64,000 nt of DNA from Escherichia phage AV109. The DNA lies in the sequence record OR352939.1. One strand, 5' to 3'. The notes under the pieces were generated by a model, which did no database searches, was not told the origin of the DNA, and worked only from the letters and a program-made list of their open reading frames with translations. The first letter of the stretch is position 1; the number at the start of each line of letters is the position of its first letter. Made by a program: the position numbers and the translations under genes. Shown here piece by piece: positions 62,801 through 64,000 of this stretch.

Positions 62801-63666
62801 GTAGTTTTTATATTCTGTTTACAGATAAAAATGCCACCGATGGCGCAGCAACTGTTAATGGTGATTGGAATAGTAAACGTCCTTTCGCAATTAACTTAAC
62901 AACCGGCGAAGTGATAATGAATAATGGCATAGCTGTTCGCAGCGCTGCTTTATTCTATAATAGCATAAACGTCAAAGATAATGGTTCTATTAACTTTGAT
63001 AAGTCCGGTGCGAACCCAAGAAACATGCGTATATTCCACGCAGGTGATGGTACGCGAGGAAACCGCCTTGAAATTTCTGATGAAACTAACTATATTGCTT
63101 ACTTCCAAAAATTACCTGGTGGTCAAAACCAAGTTTCATTCAATAGTGCTACACTTTCTGGATTAACACAGTGCAATCAATTTGGTGTTAACACAACAAA
63201 CGCACTTGGTGGAAATAGTATAACGTTTGGTGATAATGACACCGGTATTAAGCAAAATGGCGATGGATTATTAGACATATATGCGAACAACGTGCAAGTG
63301 TTCCGTTTCCAAAACGGCGATTTGTACTCATATAAAAATATAAATGCTCCAAACGTTTATATTCGTTCTGATATTCGTTTAAAATCCAACTTTAAGCCTA
63401 TCGAAAATGCACTTGATAAAGTTGAAAAACTTAACGGTGTCATTTACGATAAAGCTGAATACATCGGTGGAGAGGCAATTGAAACTGAAGCGGGTATTGT
63501 GGCTCAAACGTTACAAGACGTTTTACCAGAAGCTGTCCGTGAAACAGAAGATAGCAAGGGTAATAAAATACTCACTGTTTCTTCTCAAGCCCAGATTGCT
63601 CTTCTGGTTGAAGCTGTGAAAACACTTTCTTCTCGTGTAAAAGAACTTGAATCTAAACTTATGTAA
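59893..63666 (+). CDS. 37: long tail fibre distal subunit (gp37) with C-terminal intramolecular-chaperone domain
   Basis: 1257 aa; C-terminal ~100 aa carry the S74-type signature SDIRLKSN..NGVIYDK..; followed by a gp38-like adhesin gene. Confidence 0.93.
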   Translation: MATLKQIQFKRSKVAGVNPTAAQLAEGELAINLKDRTLFTKDDLGNIISLGFAKGGDINGNVTQTGDYLQNGTYNLNGNQFVYAGKYIEFLPKTTGNGAWANQHSNKAPIFTDLSSTTSVSEYHPLIKQRYKDGTFSAGTLVNEGSFKFHYIDETGTSKYWTFNRNGNFQVDSGSLLVSNGYLVTQSNIETKAGSLIGPKVITKNINVSTKSWDTNIDTAYDLVSLPTWHYTPTETDLDTNGINYLRKFRGHVSSAIFHEVADARSGKPQNISYWTGRNAEVYQWSYTTDGRMSVANSIGIGLADVGDQGRYPLVSFGKGIAIGDNDTGIKWVRDGVIDLIANGVSTGTINSTGVNSTKKLTVGYSRDSGSTWDYPNTNQAMFSARTEVDGNNNGDGQTHIGYSSNAKMYHYFRGAGRMAISMGEGLIVEPGILDIKTGSNSLNLRADGTIASVQTLKLNNGLYFNGDGTNASLIFKAASGIDGTKQILWEGGTRAGQNKSYVTVKAWGNSFNATGDKARETVFEVSDGQGYYFYSQRVAPTGSETTGPVVTQFNGQVNARGSLITDGSLRVNGLSTLVGNVTMNNGLFVQGGSSITGQVKIGGTADALRIWNAEYGAIFRRSEDKLYIIPTPQNAGESGGISNLRPFYIALSNGKVSMDHDVDIGGGRFKVEAAGTTAGQRITVNMASDAIRINAPTQESSNFIQGRKADVPKWYLGIGDGGNVVRMHSYTYSHGIALNSDSVDITKPLKVGNAQLGTDGNITGGSGNFANLNTALNRKVNSGFVTYGATAGWYKFATVTMPQSTSTVSFTVTGGKGFNTGLFTQCAITEIVLRTGNDHPIGLNAVMYTRTAAGFTDIAVVNTSGNTYDVYVESGTYANQLAYTWHAVDNATVKVIGAFGPTQDPVDSLPVDYVKGQVANMLNNLVDTGKVKRYEADSEIAINNPTGIRIRSNYDKTGSVATMLRNDGGSFYILFTDKNATDGAATVNGDWNSKRPFAINLTTGEVIMNNGIAVRSAALFYNSINVKDNGSINFDKSGANPRNMRIFHAGDGTRGNRLEISDETNYIAYFQKLPGGQNQVSFNSATLSGLTQCNQFGVNTTNALGGNSITFGDNDTGIKQNGDGLLDIYANNVQVFRFQNGDLYSYKNINAPNVYIRSDIRLKSNFKPIENALDKVEKLNGVIYDKAEYIGGEAIETEAGIVAQTLQDVLPEAVRETEDSKGNKILTVSSQAQIALLVEAVKTLSSRVKELESKLM

Positions 63667-63667
63667 A

Positions 63668-63685
63668 AGAGGGCTTCGGCCCTCT
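63668..63685 (+). terminator. UUCG-loop stem-loop AGAGGGC-TTCG-GCCCTCT between genes 37 and 38
   Basis: perfect 7-bp stem right after the gene 37 stop, T5 run a few nt downstream. Confidence 0.45.
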
Positions 63686-63696
63686 AAGGATTTTTA

Positions 63697-64000
63697 ATGG
63701 CAATTGTAGGTGTTCCTGGCTGGATTGGCGAATCTGCCGTAAATGAAACTGGACAACGTTGGATGGATGCTGCAATGAAAGCAGTTCGTGTTTCAGTTCC
63801 TGGTTGGATGAGTTCAATGGCTGGGCAATCTAAAGAGATTCATTATAGCATTGGTGCTAGCAATTCTTACAATAAAGACACACTAATAAACTGGATAAAA
63901 GCCCAAGGAAGCACTCCTGTTGTTATTACTATTACAGGAAATATTGTTTCTCAATCTACCGGTGTTCCATGCTTAGATTTTCCTAGCTCATTAACTAATG
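63697..64000 (+). CDS. 38: receptor-recognising adhesin gp38 (T2-type), 5' partial
   Basis: N-terminus MAIVGVPGWIGESAVNETGQRWM matches recalled T2-type gp38; runs off the window end. Confidence 0.85.
   Translation, partial: MAIVGVPGWIGESAVNETGQRWMDAAMKAVRVSVPGWMSSMAGQSKEIHYSIGASNSYNKDTLINWIKAQGSTPVVITITGNIVSQSTGVPCLDFPSSLTN

Overview
The window reads as one contiguous segment of a T4-like (Tequatrovirus-type) myovirus genome: AT-rich, densely coding on both strands, with overlapping start/stop codons. The plus strand carries late structural genes: terminase 16/17, tail sheath 18, tail tube 19, portal 20, prohead core and protease 67/68/21/22, major capsid 23, vertex 24, baseplate hub 51/27/28/29/48/54, and long tail fibre genes 34-37 plus the start of adhesin gene 38. 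The minus strand carries early and middle genes: rnlB, hoc, inh, uvsY, 25/26, alt, DNA ligase 30, rIII, 31, cd, pseT, a spanin pair, alc, rnlA, denA, nrdB, nrdA, td, frd, 32, 59, 33, dsbA and rnh. Two group I introns split nrdB and td, and three free-standing homing-endonuclease genes are present. The most unexpected element is a host-like class I DAHP synthase gene (first step of the shikimate pathway) translationally coupled into the cd operon; I could not confirm whether it is already described. No tRNA, rRNA, CRISPR array or integrase was seen. All homology statements rest on recalled T4 and E. coli protein sequences and motifs, not on database searches. CDS boundaries follow the supplied ORF track, with starts moved where a Shine-Dalgarno/ATG is evident; hand-derived motif coordinates may be off by 1-2 nt.
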